From positions 1 to 27,257 of IMG/VR virus record IMGVR_UViG_3300021180_000045: a stretch of 27,257 bases of DNA; one strand, given 5' to 3'. Under the pieces are notes generated by a model. The model was not told where the DNA came from, made no database searches, and worked only from the letters and a program-made list of their open reading frames with translations. This document shows positions 1 to 6,771 of the stretch, one piece after another. Made by a program: the position numbers and the translations under genes. Every line of letters begins with the position of its first letter. The first letter of the stretch is position 1. This DNA comes from a virus (taxonomy: Duplodnaviria; Caudoviricetes).

Positions 1-370
1 ATTTGTCGATCGGCTCCTCGACCTTGATGAGGACCCCGCTCACCGGCGCGAGCCTGAGCCCGTAGGCCGCGCGCGCGTCGACGTGGAGGTGCTCGAACGC
101 GGCGAACAGTTGCTTGTGGAAGGTCTCGTCGGGCGCCTTGATCTGCAGCTCAACGTGACCGTCGACGAGGCGAACGCCGAGATTGCGCTCCTCGCCCTGC
201 ACTGGCCACTGATTCGGATCGGTGTTGAGCGAGGTGGTATCAGCGATTGCGTCCTTGGCGTCCGGACTACGGCTCTGCGGCCGTAACCAAATGGCGGGCG
301 CGTTGAGGTGTCTCTTGGTGATAAACCAGACGGTCAAGCGTCGTTGGAGATCGACGAGGTCCCATGACAT
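1..370 (-). CDS. Hypothetical protein, runs off the window; weak resemblance to an N-terminal Prim-Pol (bifunctional primase/polymerase) fold
   Basis: Hand-translated, absent from the ORF track: ATG at 370 after AGGA, open to base 1: MSWDLVDLQRRLTVWFITKRHLNAPAIWLRPQSRSP...QWPVQGEERNLGVRLVDGHVELQIK... Confidence 0.7.
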   Translation of the reverse strand, partial: MSWDLVDLQRRLTVWFITKRHLNAPAIWLRPQSRSPDAKDAIADTTSLNTDPNQWPVQGEERNLGVRLVDGHVELQIKAPDETFHKQLFAAFEHLHVDARAAYGLRLAPVSGVLIKVEEPIDK

Positions 371-373
371 GAG

Positions 374-898
374 TCATCCTGGATAGGCCGCCTGGATGAA
401 GGCTACGGCCGCGTCGCAGTAGGAGGACCACCGGGTTCGCGAGAGGTCAATGCTCATGTGTTCGAGGTCCGGTTCCCAGCCTCTCCAGAGGTGCATAACT
501 TTGTCCTCGATCGAACGAATCGCCCACGCCTCGCCTTTGACCGTGAGCCAGATGTGGTCGTTGTGCTGTTCTTGAAAACAAGGACCGCCACGTGGAATAT
601 TCTGGTTAATTGAACGAGGCGGCATGATCCCGAGCGCCGCCAGGGCGAGGATCGCGGGCACGGCGTCGGTCGGCTGCACCTTGCGCTTGCCGTCGATCGT
701 GAAGCGCGTGCCGTGAAAGCGCCGCCAGTCGCGCAGCGTCTCTTCGAACGCGAATTCCTGGGCGAGGTTGAGCCGCAGCTCGGGATAGGCGTAGCGCTGC
801 GCGCCTTTGGCCTTGGGGAAACTTTGGACGTAATCGAGAAAACGTCCGGGCCAGTCAGGCTCCTCGAATTCGATCGCTCCTGCTTCGGCGGGACTCAT
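374..898 (-). CDS. Hypothetical phage protein (174 aa)
   Basis: Protein-like composition; co-oriented and stops 3 nt before the next ATG. Confidence 0.75.
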   Translation of the reverse strand: MSPAEAGAIEFEEPDWPGRFLDYVQSFPKAKGAQRYAYPELRLNLAQEFAFEETLRDWRRFHGTRFTIDGKRKVQPTDAVPAILALAALGIMPPRSINQNIPRGGPCFQEQHNDHIWLTVKGEAWAIRSIEDKVMHLWRGWEPDLEHMSIDLSRTRWSSYCDAAVAFIQAAYPG

Positions 899-1046
899 CC
901 AGAACCTCGATGGCGGTTTGAAGGCGGGCGTACAGGACGCGCGCGCGCGCCTCGTCGCGGGTATGCAGGCTCGACCAATAGATCTTGCCGCCGCGGTTGA
1001 CCTCGTAGCGCCAGATGCCGCGATCGGACTGGAAGAGGCGAATCAG
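855..1046 (-). CDS. Small DNA-binding protein resembling integrase arm-type/excisionase-like domains; non-canonical CTG start
   Basis: Hand-translated LIRLFQSDRGIWRYEVNRGGKIYWSSLHTRDEARARVLYARLQTAIE...; fills the gap between two genes; CTG overlaps the upstream TGA (CTGA). Confidence 0.5.
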   Translation of the reverse strand: MIRLFQSDRGIWRYEVNRGGKIYWSSLHTRDEARARVLYARLQTAIEVLDESRRSRSDRIRGA

Positions 1047-1306
1047 TCGCGTGCGATCGCCCTCAGAAAATCAGCGCGGGTCGGAGTGCAGGTACAGTCG
1101 TCGCGCAGGCAGCTGGGGGCGAAATTGTCCATGATATATTCCATGGCGTCGTTCTGCTTAACCATCTGCCGAAGCATGTCGGTAGTCGCAGCGCGCGCCG
1201 TCTTCAGCTCGCGTTTGAGCTTGCGGATCTCGGCCTTCAGCTGGACGATGGTGACTTCGCGCGGCGCGCGGACCTTCTGGGCAGGCTCGATGCGTTCGAC
1301 TTTCAT
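1043..1306 (-). CDS. Hypothetical coiled-coil protein with C-terminal Cys cluster
   Basis: ATG at 1306 with GAGGTG RBS and ATGA overlap with the upstream gene; heptad LKAEIRKLKRELKTAR. Confidence 0.7.
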   Translation of the reverse strand: MKVERIEPAQKVRAPREVTIVQLKAEIRKLKRELKTARAATTDMLRQMVKQNDAMEYIMDNFAPSCLRDDCTCTPTRADFLRAIARD

Positions 1307-1518
1307 GGCAACACCTCTAAGCACTCGATGAAACCGGGGGTCTGATATTCAAGCTGGGCGCGATGCTTGGTCAGCAGCTCCTCTTTGGTGTAGCCGAGCC
1401 CGGACAGGAACGCATAGGCGCGCACCGCCCGCTGGGGCGTCATCGGATCACCGCGCTTTTTGATCGTCTGGCCGCAGCACAGGCATTTGTCGAACTCGGT
1501 GTTATCCCTGAAGCCCAT
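1303..1518 (-). CDS. Hypothetical protein (71 aa, CLCCG)
   Basis: GAGGAGG upstream; overlaps both neighbours. Confidence 0.7.
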   Translation of the reverse strand: MGFRDNTEFDKCLCCGQTIKKRGDPMTPQRAVRAYAFLSGLGYTKEELLTKHRAQLEYQTPGFIECLEVLP

Positions 1519-1696
1519 CAGTCTTCCTCCTCGACATCAGCGCCCGCCGCAGCGGATCGTCCCAAGCGGCGCGAATGCCCGCGGCGCGCTTTTCGTCGGC
1601 CGCGTGACCGCCGAACTGCTCGCCCTTCGGCCTGGGATAGCGCACCCGCCCCTGGTAGCGGCGCTTGGGCTTGAGGAAATAGTGAACGTCGATCAT
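1502..1696 (-). CDS. Small basic hypothetical protein
   Basis: ATGA overlap with the upstream gene; GGAG upstream. Confidence 0.55.
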   Translation of the reverse strand: MIDVHYFLKPKRRYQGRVRYPRPKGEQFGGHAADEKRAAGIRAAWDDPLRRALMSRRKTDGLQG

Positions 1697-1842
1697 TTCC
1701 GCTCCAGCTGGTCCGCGACCTTCCTCATCTCGTCACGAATCCCTCTCAGTTGATGGTTGCACCACCTCACGCCGCTGCTGAAACCAATGCAGAATACGAT
1801 GATCAGGATGAAGACGAAGGTCCATGGGTGCATCCACGTCAT
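1693..1842 (-). CDS. Small single-TM membrane protein (49 aa)
   Basis: MTWMHPWTFVFILIIVFCIGFSSGVRW...; start re-called at ATG 1842 (ATGA overlap). Confidence 0.65.
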   Translation of the reverse strand: MTWMHPWTFVFILIIVFCIGFSSGVRWCNHQLRGIRDEMRKVADQLERK

Positions 1843-2243
1843 CGACGCTTCGCCGCGTGCCGCGCGCGCCGACGCGCCAGCTGCGCCTGATGCTTGCGCT
1901 CCTGCTCGACCGCGATGCGGGCGTTGTCCTCGTTGATCGCCTGCTTGATCTCGTCCGAGACATAGAGCCGCTCGGCCTCGTCGAGCCCGATCCGGTCGAT
2001 TTCGGCGTTGACGAGGCGCGCAGTGTTGCTTTCCGGGGTAGTCGGATAAGAGGCGGCGTCGCCTGTCAGGCAGTTGTGGTAAATGGTGTTCTTGCACTTT
2101 TTGAACAGCTTGACGAGCAGGTCCATCCGCACCTTGCGGCGCCACAGGACGTTCAGCGCCAAGCGCTGCGAATAGGTCAGTTCAGGGCCTCGCGGCGCGC
2201 GCTTGACGCGCTGGATGAGGCTATGGTCGAGAGCGATGGTCAT
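1839..2243 (-). CDS. HTH DNA-binding protein, paralogue of 5902-6528
   Basis: Start re-called at 2243; RGPELTYSQRLALNVLWRRKVRMDLLVKLFKKCKNTIYHNC has an HTH-like pattern. Confidence 0.7.
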   Translation of the reverse strand: MTIALDHSLIQRVKRAPRGPELTYSQRLALNVLWRRKVRMDLLVKLFKKCKNTIYHNCLTGDAASYPTTPESNTARLVNAEIDRIGLDEAERLYVSDEIKQAINEDNARIAVEQERKHQAQLARRRARHAAKRR

Positions 2244-2252
2244 GGTCGTTCC

Positions 2253-2281
2253 GATATAAGGTTCACAGTCCTTATGGTCAA
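2253..2281 (-). promoter_or_regulatory. Sigma70-like promoter TTGACC-N17-TATATC with ATAAGGAC box; GTCAAC-N4-GTTGAC palindrome (2277-2292) overlaps the -35
   Basis: Read directly; lies in the only sizeable gap of this gene train, just upstream of ATG 2243. Confidence 0.65.
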
Positions 2282-2559
2282 CAATCGTTGACAGTGTAGG
2301 TGGCGAGCGCGCGCTCGGCCTCGAAACTGGGCTGATAGTGCTCGGCCAGTGAGTGGTACCCATAGCTGACGATGATCTCCGCGCCGCAACCTTCGCAAGC
2401 GAGCTTGTCCGCCATCCAGACCTTATAGGGCTTCCAGTCTTCGGCGTGCTCAGCGCCAGGGCGCGCGCCATATACCGCTGGCATCTGTTCGAGCACATGC
2501 ACACCGTTTTTCTTCGGTTTGAAGAACCGCTGGCAGCGGACGCAGATGAGCTTGGGCAT
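2278..2559 (-). CDS. Zn-ribbon protein (93 aa)
   Basis: CVRC ... CEGC pairs; TGATG coupling. Confidence 0.8.
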   Translation of the reverse strand: MPKLICVRCQRFFKPKKNGVHVLEQMPAVYGARPGAEHAEDWKPYKVWMADKLACEGCGAEIIVSYGYHSLAEHYQPSFEAERALATYTVNDC

Positions 2560-2792
2560 CAGAGTTGATCGATCAGGTCGTCGATCGCGGCCTCGGGCGT
2601 CTTGCCGGTGCCGACCCGATCGCCCAGGTCATAATCGCCGACCGTGGCGCTCCAGCCATACCACGAGCCTGCCAGATCGGGGTGAATCTGGATGTCCTCG
2701 GGGCGCACGCCGAGTGCTTTGAGCTGCTCGCAGCGCTCGATCTCCTCGGCTGAATCCTCGGCCAAGGCGTCCATTTGAGCTTCTTTGGTCAT
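2559..2792 (-). CDS. Acidic hypothetical protein (77 aa)
   Basis: Coupled on both sides; C-terminal GTGKTPEAAIDDL. Confidence 0.75.
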   Translation of the reverse strand: MTKEAQMDALAEDSAEEIERCEQLKALGVRPEDIQIHPDLAGSWYGWSATVGDYDLGDRVGTGKTPEAAIDDLIDQL

Positions 2793-3046
2793 GGTTTTAC
2801 ATCCTTCAGTAATTGTTCGATGGCCGATGGGTGACTGCCCGTGGCCATGAAGTTCATGCCATTATCTTTGATGTTGGTTTCCTTGCCGCACTCTTCACAC
2901 TTGCCGCGAATGAAAAAGATATTCTTGTCCGGCATGGTCTGTTTTGCGCCGCAATGCTCACAGTTCCATTGCTGGTAGACATCCCAACCTTGGTTGATCT
3001 TGCGCTCGGCGTTGGCGAGCACGTCGTCCCATGGGTGCAGATTCAT
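2789..3046 (-). CDS. Zn-ribbon protein (85 aa)
   Basis: Start re-called at 3046; QQWNCEHCGAKQTM...GKCEECGKET. Confidence 0.8.
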   Translation of the reverse strand: MNLHPWDDVLANAERKINQGWDVYQQWNCEHCGAKQTMPDKNIFFIRGKCEECGKETNIKDNGMNFMATGSHPSAIEQLLKDVKP

Positions 3047-3267
3047 AGCCCGGCCACATCCATCAGCTTGATGACGAATTCGCGTTGTTTCTCGCGGTAG
3101 ACGCGATCGAGTTCCTTGAGCTTGACGACCGACACCGACTCGTCGGCGTCGTGTCGCCAATAGTCGATGATGGCCTTCGAATAGGCGGCGTAGAGCTTGC
3201 CCAAGTCGGTGGCGAGGAACCGCTCGTGCCGGGCCCTCTCGGCCAGCCAATCAGCGCTTTCGGGCAT
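3043..3267 (-). CDS. Hypothetical helical protein (74 aa)
   Basis: AAGGA RBS; stop overlaps the next ATG. Confidence 0.7.
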   Translation of the reverse strand: MPESADWLAERARHERFLATDLGKLYAAYSKAIIDYWRHDADESVSVVKLKELDRVYREKQREFVIKLMDVAGL

Positions 3268-3412
3268 CGCTGATCCTTTCCGCCGCGGCCTCGATCGCCG
3301 CGACGATGCGATCGACCGCGTCGTCGATCGTGCGCCATAGCTCCTGCGCGATGCGGGTTTCGTGGGTCGGGGTGAGCTTGCGGTCCTTGTCGCGCTGTTC
3401 TTCGGTTCTCAT
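3251..3412 (-). CDS. Hypothetical protein (53 aa)
   Basis: MRTEEQRDKDRKLTPTHETRIAQELWRTIDD...; ATGA overlap. Confidence 0.6.
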   Translation of the reverse strand: MRTEEQRDKDRKLTPTHETRIAQELWRTIDDAVDRIVAAIEAAAERISDARKR

Positions 3413-3609
3413 TGCCAGACGTCCTTCGGTCGGCCGAAGGCGCGGGCGATGCGCTCGCGCTCGGTAGCCTCGATGATGCGCTGACGCATCGGCTCGTCGA
3501 TCTGATGCACCGGCGCCGTGTCCGGATTCCAGTTCTCGGCCTCTTTGAGGATCGCTCGGTCTTTCGCAGCGCGAGCCTTGCCGAACCGGCGCGCCCAATC
3601 ATTCGACAT
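3409..3609 (-). CDS. Hypothetical protein (66 aa)
   Basis: GAGG RBS; ARRFGK and ARAFGR at the two ends. Confidence 0.65.
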   Translation of the reverse strand: MSNDWARRFGKARAAKDRAILKEAENWNPDTAPVHQIDEPMRQRIIEATERERIARAFGRPKDVWQ

Positions 3610-3778
3610 AGCCTCTTCCTTTCATTTGCTCGATCGTGCGGCGCATGCGGCCATTGCGGTCGTCCGCCTCGACGAGGTTCTGGCGCAGCTGCTTGATCAG
3701 GTCGACCTGCGCTGCGATCAGCTCTTTCTGCGCCGAGACTTGCTCGCGCAGCGCCTCGATAAGGTCTGGATCGCTCAT
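3599..3778 (-). CDS. Small coiled-coil protein (59 aa, below the ORF-track cut-off)
   Basis: MSDPDLIEALREQVSAQKELIAAQVDLIKQLRQNLVEADDRNGRMRRTIEQMKGRGYVE; ATGA overlap. Confidence 0.65.
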   Translation of the reverse strand: MSDPDLIEALREQVSAQKELIAAQVDLIKQLRQNLVEADDRNGRMRRTIEQMKGRGYVE

Positions 3779-4062
3779 CGGAGGAACCGCACGCCAGCCA
3801 ACTCCCAGACACAGCTGACCGGGTCGTCGCTCTCGACCACCCGGAATTCCCTCACGCTGGTCCAGCGCATCGAAAGGTCAAAGACGTATTCTTCGGCCTC
3901 TTTGCGGGTGGCGAAACGGCAGGCGTTGCCCGCCCAGTTGTCGATCGACGAGGTTTTGACTTCAGGCTTGAACGACACCTCTTTCTTCCTTTTGCCAAAG
4001 TAATATTCGTAGCTGTTGGCCAGCGAGTTGATGGAGAACGCAATCTCAGTTTCAATCGACAC
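3775..4062 (-). CDS. Hypothetical phage early protein (start GTG 4062, or GTG 3978)
   Basis: SFKPEV...WAGNACRFATRKEAEEY..DL..RW..V.EFRVVESDDPV; both candidate starts have purine-rich RBS-like sequence. Confidence 0.7.
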   Translation of the reverse strand: MSIETEIAFSINSLANSYEYYFGKRKKEVSFKPEVKTSSIDNWAGNACRFATRKEAEEYVFDLSMRWTSVREFRVVESDDPVSCVWELAGVRFLR

Positions 4063-4393
4063 GGGACACCTCGTAGCTGTCATCGTCCTGCAGGATCATC
4101 AGAAAATCATGGTCGTAGAGGATCAGCCGTTCCTTGCGCAGCAAGGCCATGGCGCGCGGGACGAGCGGCGGATCGCCGGGATATTTCAGCACGCCGAGCA
4201 TCCACAGCCGCGGATCCTTCATCGGCCGCGGAGTGTAGCGGAAGCCCTTCATCGGATTCCAGCCGCCGCCGTGGGCGTAATTCGAGGCGATCTGCTCGCG
4301 CGCAGGCCTCGGGTCCTTCTCGCTCAAGAACGAGGGCAGGAACCCGAGGTGCTCGGGCCGCATGTCGGGATGGACCAGAGTCCAGACGATCAT
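4052..4393 (-). CDS. Hypothetical phage protein (113 aa)
   Basis: LGFLPSFLSEKDPRPAREQIASNYAHGGGW...LKYPGDPPL; ATGA overlap. Confidence 0.8.
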   Translation of the reverse strand: MIVWTLVHPDMRPEHLGFLPSFLSEKDPRPAREQIASNYAHGGGWNPMKGFRYTPRPMKDPRLWMLGVLKYPGDPPLVPRAMALLRKERLILYDHDFLMILQDDDSYEVSRVD

Positions 4394-4587
4394 CCGCGCA
4401 CCGTCAGGCCGTCGTCGGCGATGCCTTCGAGGATCGCCCCGATATAGCGGGGCTCGACCACGATCGAGTGTTTGCCCCAGAGCATACGGTCCTCGGGCAG
4501 GTGCTCGTCGGCCCAGTCATGCGCCGCGGGAGTGAGCGGGGTAAGCAGGCCGATCGAGCCGTCAGTGGTGAAATCGAAGTCCATCAC
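4390..4587 (-). CDS. Hypothetical phage protein (65 aa)
   Basis: GSIGLLTPLTPAAHDWADEHL...VVEPRYI..I.EG...DGL. Confidence 0.8.
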   Translation of the reverse strand: MMDFDFTTDGSIGLLTPLTPAAHDWADEHLPEDRMLWGKHSIVVEPRYIGAILEGIADDGLTVRG

Positions 4588-4667
4588 GTCACCGCCATGA
4601 TCAGCACGAACGCAATGATCGCCAGGGCGACGATCATCGTGAATGCAGTGGAATTACCTTCAGACAT
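4584..4667 (-). CDS. 27-aa membrane peptide
   Basis: MSEGNSTAFTMIVALAIIAFVLIMAVT; TGATG-coupled to the HNH gene and exactly fills the gap. Confidence 0.55.
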   Translation of the reverse strand: MSEGNSTAFTMIVALAIIAFVLIMAVT

Positions 4668-4948
4668 CAGAGTTTCCCTATCCGTTCGATCGCCTGCGCT
4701 CGGAACCGTTCCAAACGTCCATCAGCGATCATGTGGCATCGACGGCAAAGGCCCTCGATGTTGTCAGGTTCATTGTTCAGCGGATCGCCGTCTCGATGGT
4801 GTCGATCGAGCGCAGGCTGGCCACACTGTTCACATTTGCCGAGCGCCTTGCGGCGCGCAGCGCGATCGCGGCCCTGATGTGGAACCGTGCTCGAAAGCCG
4901 GTTCCACTCATGGTTTAGCGGTCCTTTTCCCTGGCCTCGACGAACCAT
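4667..4948 (-). CDS. HNH endonuclease (93 aa)
   Basis: Start re-called at 4948; CEQC...RHHRDGDPLNNEPDNIEGLCRRCH. Confidence 0.85.
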   Translation of the reverse strand: MVRRGQGKGPLNHEWNRLSSTVPHQGRDRAARRKALGKCEQCGQPALDRHHRDGDPLNNEPDNIEGLCRRCHMIADGRLERFRAQAIERIGKL

Positions 4949-5358
4949 CAGAGCTTGCCCGCACACTCTGGGCCAAAGCCGGATGCGACCGACTCGGGCA
5001 CGGTAAGAGGACGTCCGCAGCGTCCGCAGCGTCCGCAGTGGAAGACTTCGACTTGGTCGAGCGGCAACTCGCTTGCGGCGAGCATGCGCCAGAACCATTC
5101 GAACGCCTTGTTGGAGGGGGCGTCGCGGGTGATGCGGCTCTTTTTGCCGTGGAAGTAGACACCGCGGCGGATGCAGCCGAGGTAGGCGTAGTCCGCGGTG
5201 TTGTCCGGCCCGGTGAGCAGCTGGACGAAGAAAAAGCTTTGATCGTCCTCCGACTGGCGCACCCGGTAGGTGAAGCGCGCCCCGGTCTTTTTGGACCGGA
5301 GCGTGAAGGTGGCGTTGCCCGCCTGCGCGAAGCGGGCGACGTCGTTGAGCGGGGTCAC
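4948..5358 (-). CDS. DUF6011-like Zn-finger protein
   Basis: C-terminal CGRCGRPLTVPESVASGFGPEC; N-terminal ATFTLRSKKTGARFTYRV...LLTGPDN..DY.YLG. Confidence 0.85.
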   Translation of the reverse strand: MTPLNDVARFAQAGNATFTLRSKKTGARFTYRVRQSEDDQSFFFVQLLTGPDNTADYAYLGCIRRGVYFHGKKSRITRDAPSNKAFEWFWRMLAASELPLDQVEVFHCGRCGRCGRPLTVPESVASGFGPECAGKL

Positions 5359-5684
5359 GCCAGCGCCTCGTTGAAGACCCAGCTGTCGCCGGGGCTGGCG
5401 CCGTCATAGCCCCGATAGACCGGGTTCCCGGCCGCGGCGCGCGCGGCGATATAGGCGGCGATGCGTTCGGCCTTGCGGGCGACGAGGGCCTGATATTCGG
5501 CCTTCGAGATCTCGACGGCCGGGGCGCCGTGCTCGGTTCCGCGAGCGGAATGAGGCTTGGCGCTAAAGCCGATGTTGCGCACGCCCGCGTCGGTGACCGC
5601 AAACCATGCGGACGCATAGACGCGGGTGGCGCTCGATCGGTAGACGGTGAAACGGCCGTCCGTGGCTTTGAAGTAGCGGTTCAT
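5355..5684 (-). CDS. Hypothetical protein (109 aa)
   Basis: Start re-called at ATG 5684 with GGAGG RBS: MNRYFKATDGRFTVYRSSATRVY... Confidence 0.75.
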   Translation of the reverse strand: MNRYFKATDGRFTVYRSSATRVYASAWFAVTDAGVRNIGFSAKPHSARGTEHGAPAVEISKAEYQALVARKAERIAAYIAARAAAGNPVYRGYDGASPGDSWVFNEALA

Positions 5685-5833
5685 CGGCGCGCCTCCGCGT
5701 CGATGATGTCCAGCACCTTGCGCCAGAAGCCTGAAGCGTCGCGGATCGCGCAATGCTCGGCCCAGTCGCGGGCGTTGGTGAGGCCGCGGTCCTCGATCAG
5801 GGCCTCCGCGGTGTCTTGTTCCTGCGTTTTCAT
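5681..5833 (-). CDS. Hypothetical protein (50 aa), first gene after the promoter at 5877-5905
   Basis: MKTQEQDTAEALIEDRGLTNARDWAEHCAIRDASGFWRKVLDIIDAEARR; GGAG RBS. Confidence 0.7.
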   Translation of the reverse strand: MKTQEQDTAEALIEDRGLTNARDWAEHCAIRDASGFWRKVLDIIDAEARR

Positions 5834-5876
5834 TTCGGGTCATCTCCGGTTTGGCGGACCGTGTCCGCTGGTCACC

Positions 5877-5905
5877 TATTTAGTCCATGTCGGAGTCCTT
5901 ATCAA
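5877..5905 (-). promoter_or_regulatory. Sigma70-like early promoter TTGATA-N17-TAAATA
   Basis: Near-copy of 7525-7553; followed by a GCGGAC-acg-GTCCGC hairpin and the shared leader GGAGATGACCC. Confidence 0.75.
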
Positions 5906-6528
5906 GAGGGTTCATCGACTCCATAGTTATAAAAAATCGCTTTCCGGGCTTCGGACGAGGTGCGGTAGCGCTCATAGGTCCAGCGCGCTTCCGGCCGATC
6001 GGCGGGAGTCGGTTCATGGCCGCAGCTGATTTCGCGGAACGCCCAGCGGGCGGGCAATGGCGTGTCATAGCCCGGGTGCAGGTCCTGGCCTGCGGTCCGC
6101 CATTCGATCAGGCATTGCACCGGCATGCCGTCTTGGCGGACGAGATCGACGACGGCGCCTGCGTATTTGTCGGCGCGGACGTCGACGCTGAGCGATCGGA
6201 CGTCGCCGGGCGCGGGGAGATCGGCGCGCAGGCGCATGATCTTGTCGTCCACATCGGTTGTGTAATAATGGTCGCCGAAGGCTTGCTCGCCGAGGCGGCC
6301 GAATTCGCGCGCCACCCGCTGATAGTTGCGTGAGCCTGCGGTGCGGCAATTGGCGAGCAGGCTGACAGTGGCCTCCGAGAGGCCAAAGGCCTTGGCGATC
6401 AGGACACGGGGAAAGCACCTGTTCAAAGCGTAGTAAGCAGCGCACAAGTCTGAAAGGGGCATCCGGGGCCCGCGCGCTTTCGGAAGATCAGCAATCATGG
6501 CCTCAAGGTTATCAGTCGCTTTAGACAT
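5902..6528 (-). CDS. HTH DNA-binding protein (208 aa), paralogue of 1839-2243 with an extra C-terminal domain
   Basis: RVLIAKAFGLSEATVSLL is a typical HTH; GAGGGA RBS. Confidence 0.75.
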   Translation of the reverse strand: MSKATDNLEAMIADLPKARGPRMPLSDLCAAYYALNRCFPRVLIAKAFGLSEATVSLLANCRTAGSRNYQRVAREFGRLGEQAFGDHYYTTDVDDKIMRLRADLPAPGDVRSLSVDVRADKYAGAVVDLVRQDGMPVQCLIEWRTAGQDLHPGYDTPLPARWAFREISCGHEPTPADRPEARWTYERYRTSSEARKAIFYNYGVDEPS

Positions 6529-6553
6529 GGTGTTTCCCTCATTGAAGGATATG

Positions 6554-6582
6554 AGGTTAACTCATGCTTTTTGAATTGTCTA
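6554..6582 (-). promoter_or_regulatory. Sigma70-like promoter TAGACA-N17-TAACCT; ATGAG-N5-CTCAT palindrome (6551-6565) over the -10
   Basis: Correct spacing, 26 nt upstream of ATG 6528. Confidence 0.55.
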
Positions 6583-6757
6583 TGCCCTAACTTATGGGTG
6601 CACTTAGAGAAGATTGCTTCACTTACGCGCGTGTAAGAAATGGCTAAAATGCACCGCAGCAACAAAATGCTGCAGTGCATTATAAGAGGACAGTGCGCAT
6701 CAAAGGTCAGGGTTTGTGAGGTGCACCTTCTCTAAGTGCACCCAATTCTTAGGGCAT
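6582..6757. repeat. Nested inverted-repeat element (candidate replication origin or structured element)
   Basis: Outer arms 6582-6612 and 6727-6757 (27/31 match); inner IR 6648-6661 and 6668-6681 (13/14); palindrome 6622-6637. Confidence 0.85.
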
Positions 6758-6771
6758 TGAAGATGTAAGTT

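Noticed and set aside
5012-5038. 9-bp tandem repeat CGTCCGCAG x3
   Set aside because: In-frame CGR-CGR-CGR of the Zn finger; unit change would not shift frame, so not a phase-variation switch
4667-5617. 316-aa ORF ending in an HNH domain
   Set aside because: The N-terminal part is an alternate frame over two better genes; the real start is most likely ATG 4948
5355-5843. 162-aa ORF from the upstream ATG in the shared leader
   Set aside because: That ATG abuts the GGAG with no spacing; two coupled genes (5681-5833, 5355-5684) explain the region better
6582-6757. tRNA, CRISPR array or autonomous IS at the IR element
   Set aside because: No T-loop or anticodon arm pattern, no spaced direct repeats, no transposase and no target duplication immediately at the arms
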